A program made the position numbers and the translations under genes. Below, piece after piece: positions 9,447-10,767 of a DNA stretch of 10,767 nt (position 1 is its first letter; the number at the start of each line of letters is the position of its first letter). This DNA comes from Fibrobacterales bacterium (GTDB lineage: Bacteria; Fibrobacterota; Fibrobacteria; Fibrobacterales; JAOPTW01), in assembly GCA_051532055.1 (NCBI GenBank), contig JAOPTX010000108.1:1-10767 (forward strand). The letters run 5' to 3'. Below the pieces are notes generated by a model. It worked only from the letters and a program-made list of their open reading frames with translations, was not told the origin of the DNA and ran no database searches.

Positions 9447-9465
9447 TTTATAATAAGAGTTATGT
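9447..9465 (+). other. attI: Putative attI simple site; recombination point G9459/T9460
   Basis: GTTATGTGT (9459-9467) is the exact reverse complement of ACACATAAC (9823-9831) at the end of cassette 1, as expected for an integrated cassette. No attC hairpin precedes it. A degenerate L box TTTATAA (9447-9453) and a 5-bp spacer lie upstream. Confidence 0.75.
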
Positions 9466-9478
9466 GTCTAGATTATCT

Positions 9479-9805
9479 ATGAATGAAAAAGTATCGATAT
9501 TGCAGGATGGTATAGAATATCCCGAACACCAAGAGTTTATTATTGGTAATCGTACTGGGATTCAAAGCCTTAAAGATGCTTGTGAAAAAGCGCTTGAGCA
9601 TGACATTTGTGATGATCAAGACTTAGGTGATTATCTTGGGGTTAAAATTCTTGAAGATGACAGCTTCTATAATGATAATTTGAAAAAGCCAGAGGACTCT
9701 TCGTTAATATATTGGTTTTTAAACCTGGGATTCTGGGGTATTATCCTTCTTTTATTAGGCTTTTGTTTTCTTGTTGGATTAGGAACCATTATAAGCTGGA
9801 TGTAG
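9479..9805 (+). CDS. Cassette 1 gene (cassette 9460-9940): hypothetical protein, acidic N-terminal domain + C-terminal membrane anchor
   Basis: The ORF fills the cassette and ends just before attC1. The C-terminus is hydrophobic (FLNLGFWGIILLLLGFCFLVGLGTIISWM). The start is either ATG 9479 or GTG 9464; no clear SD. Confidence 0.8.
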   Translation: MNEKVSILQDGIEYPEHQEFIIGNRTGIQSLKDACEKALEHDICDDQDLGDYLGVKILEDDSFYNDNLKKPEDSSLIYWFLNLGFWGIILLLLGFCFLVGLGTIISWM

Positions 9806-9824
9806 TATTTCGTGCCATATTCAC

Positions 9825-9946
9825 ACATAACAAAACGTTGGAGACGGCAAGCAAGTATTAGACAAAAAACAAATTAACTCGCATTCGCTCAAACAATAAT
9901 TTATTTTTCATCTAACACTCACTTCCGCTCAACTCAACCGTTATGT
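9825..9946 (+). repeat. attC: attC site 1 (122 bp)
   Basis: R'' ACATAAC 9825-9831, then a 5-nt spacer. GTT[G]GAG[A]CGG[C]AAG pairs with CTT-CCG-CTC-AAC (three extrahelical bases). A 25-bp stem (9852-9876/9897-9921) encloses a 20-nt loop. A 6-nt spacer precedes R' GTTATGT 9940-9946. Confidence 0.93.
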
Positions 9947-9973
9947 GGTTTGCTGCTTTTCGGTAAAGGTTAC

Positions 9974-10204
9974 ATGAAAACATTTTTGACATTATCAGGA
10001 ATATCATTTATCGCTACTGTGATCATTGTGACATTAATATCATATGTGTTCTTCTTAGAGATTCACTCACACGAAATACATCTTGAAGGCGGCAATCTTG
10101 ATTGGGAATTTATACTAACTAAAATTGCGGTATGGTTCATAGGTTTCTTTGTTTCTATTAAAATTATACTTTGGACATTAATCAAAATGAAAAAGATGAT
10201 TTAG
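9974..10204 (+). CDS. Cassette 2 gene (cassette 9941-10353): small two-TM membrane protein of unknown function
   Basis: SD-like AAAGGT precedes ATG 9974 (76 aa). Two hydrophobic segments flank EIHSHEIHLEGGNLD, and the C-terminus is basic. The cassette ends are complementary: GTTATGTGGT 9940-9949 / ACCACATAAC 10235-10244. Confidence 0.8.
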   Translation: MKTFLTLSGISFIATVIIVTLISYVFFLEIHSHEIHLEGGNLDWEFILTKIAVWFIGFFVSIKIILWTLIKMKKMI

Positions 10205-10237
10205 CCGTTGGTAAATTTATTGAAGCATTAAACCACC

Positions 10238-10359
10238 ACATAACAAATCGTTGGAGACGGCAAGCAAGCATTAGTCAAAAAACAAATTAGCTCGCTTTCG
10301 CTCAAACAATAATTTATTTTTAGCCTAACACTCACTTCCGCTCAACTCAACCGTTATAT
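10238..10359 (+). repeat. attC: attC site 2 (122 bp)
   Basis: Gapless match to attC1 at 113/122 positions with the same R''/L''/L'/R' architecture. R' is GTTATAT 10353-10359. Confidence 0.93.
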
Positions 10360-10418
10360 TGCTATTCGAAGTAATAAGTATCGCAAAGCTACCGGGCACA
10401 CCATAAGAGGATAGTTAT

Positions 10419-10736
10419 TTGAAAATATATTTGCTCATTGGCTTCACATTTTTTGGAGCAGTTGGAATCAGTGTATATTGGTGGATGGTTAACAGGTATC
10501 AACCCAAACGCTCAATTATTGAGTGGGCCAAGAAAAACAACTATAGGGTTGTTAAGCTATCACCACTAGCGCCTTATTTGTCAAAATTTTATGATGATGT
10601 CATGTCTAACAGACTTGCATATGAAATATACTTCGATAATGGTGACCGAACCCAAAGAAAAGTTGTTTTAGTCGGCGGTAAATTTAGCGGTGGATTAAAT
10701 ACTAGTGTTGAAGTAATAGACTTTAAAGACAAGTGA
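10419..10736 (+). CDS. Cassette 3 gene (cassette starts 10354): hypothetical protein with N-terminal TM helix
   Basis: SD AAGAGGA precedes TTG 10419. An N-terminal hydrophobic helix is followed by a small soluble domain. The cassette ends are complementary: GTTATATTGC 10353-10362 / GCAATATAAC 10742-10751. Confidence 0.82.
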   Translation: MKIYLLIGFTFFGAVGISVYWWMVNRYQPKRSIIEWAKKNNYRVVKLSPLAPYLSKFYDDVMSNRLAYEIYFDNGDRTQRKVVLVGGKFSGGLNTSVEVIDFKDK

Positions 10737-10744
10737 TACACGCA

Positions 10745-10767
10745 ATATAACATCTATATGTCCCCCC
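10745..10767 (+). repeat. attC: Start of attC site 3 (truncated by window end)
   Basis: R'' ATATAAC 10745-10751 lies 8 nt after the stop codon and is complementary over 10 bp to the cassette 3 start. The remainder is not visible. Confidence 0.6.

Larger units (their letters stand above)
7906..10767. mobile_element. Integron (intI + attI + cassette array, continuing beyond the window)
   Basis: intI is divergent from an array of three single-gene cassettes bounded by GTT/AAC core sites and two complete attC sites. Confidence 0.95.

Noticed and set aside
9825..10359. Two ~122-bp direct repeats as a CRISPR array, IS ends or a simple duplication
   Set aside because: The repeats are too long and enclose whole genes. 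They have R/L boxes and extrahelical bases and lie beside intI, so they are attC sites.

Overview
AT-rich bacterial chromosomal segment from a probably diderm host. The left part holds housekeeping and envelope genes: a class IV PLP enzyme (probable PabC), a PIAGT-type chorismate-binding enzyme (probable PabB), a ~1100-aa exported protein combining an HExxH zinc-peptidase domain, a beta-propeller and a probable Omp85-like barrel, a CE2-type SGNH esterase and an AlkD-like DNA alkylation repair protein. The right part is the start of an apparently sedentary chromosomal integron. It has an unusually long IntI with an apparently duplicated N-terminal SAM-like domain, a divergent attI region (crossover G9459/T9460) and three gene cassettes encoding small membrane proteins of unknown function. 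The cassettes are separated by two 122-bp attC sites (113/122 identical); a third, different attC is cut by the window end. Integrons are a known system. The potentially new elements are the integrase architecture, the attC family, the attI/promoter organisation and the cassette cargo.
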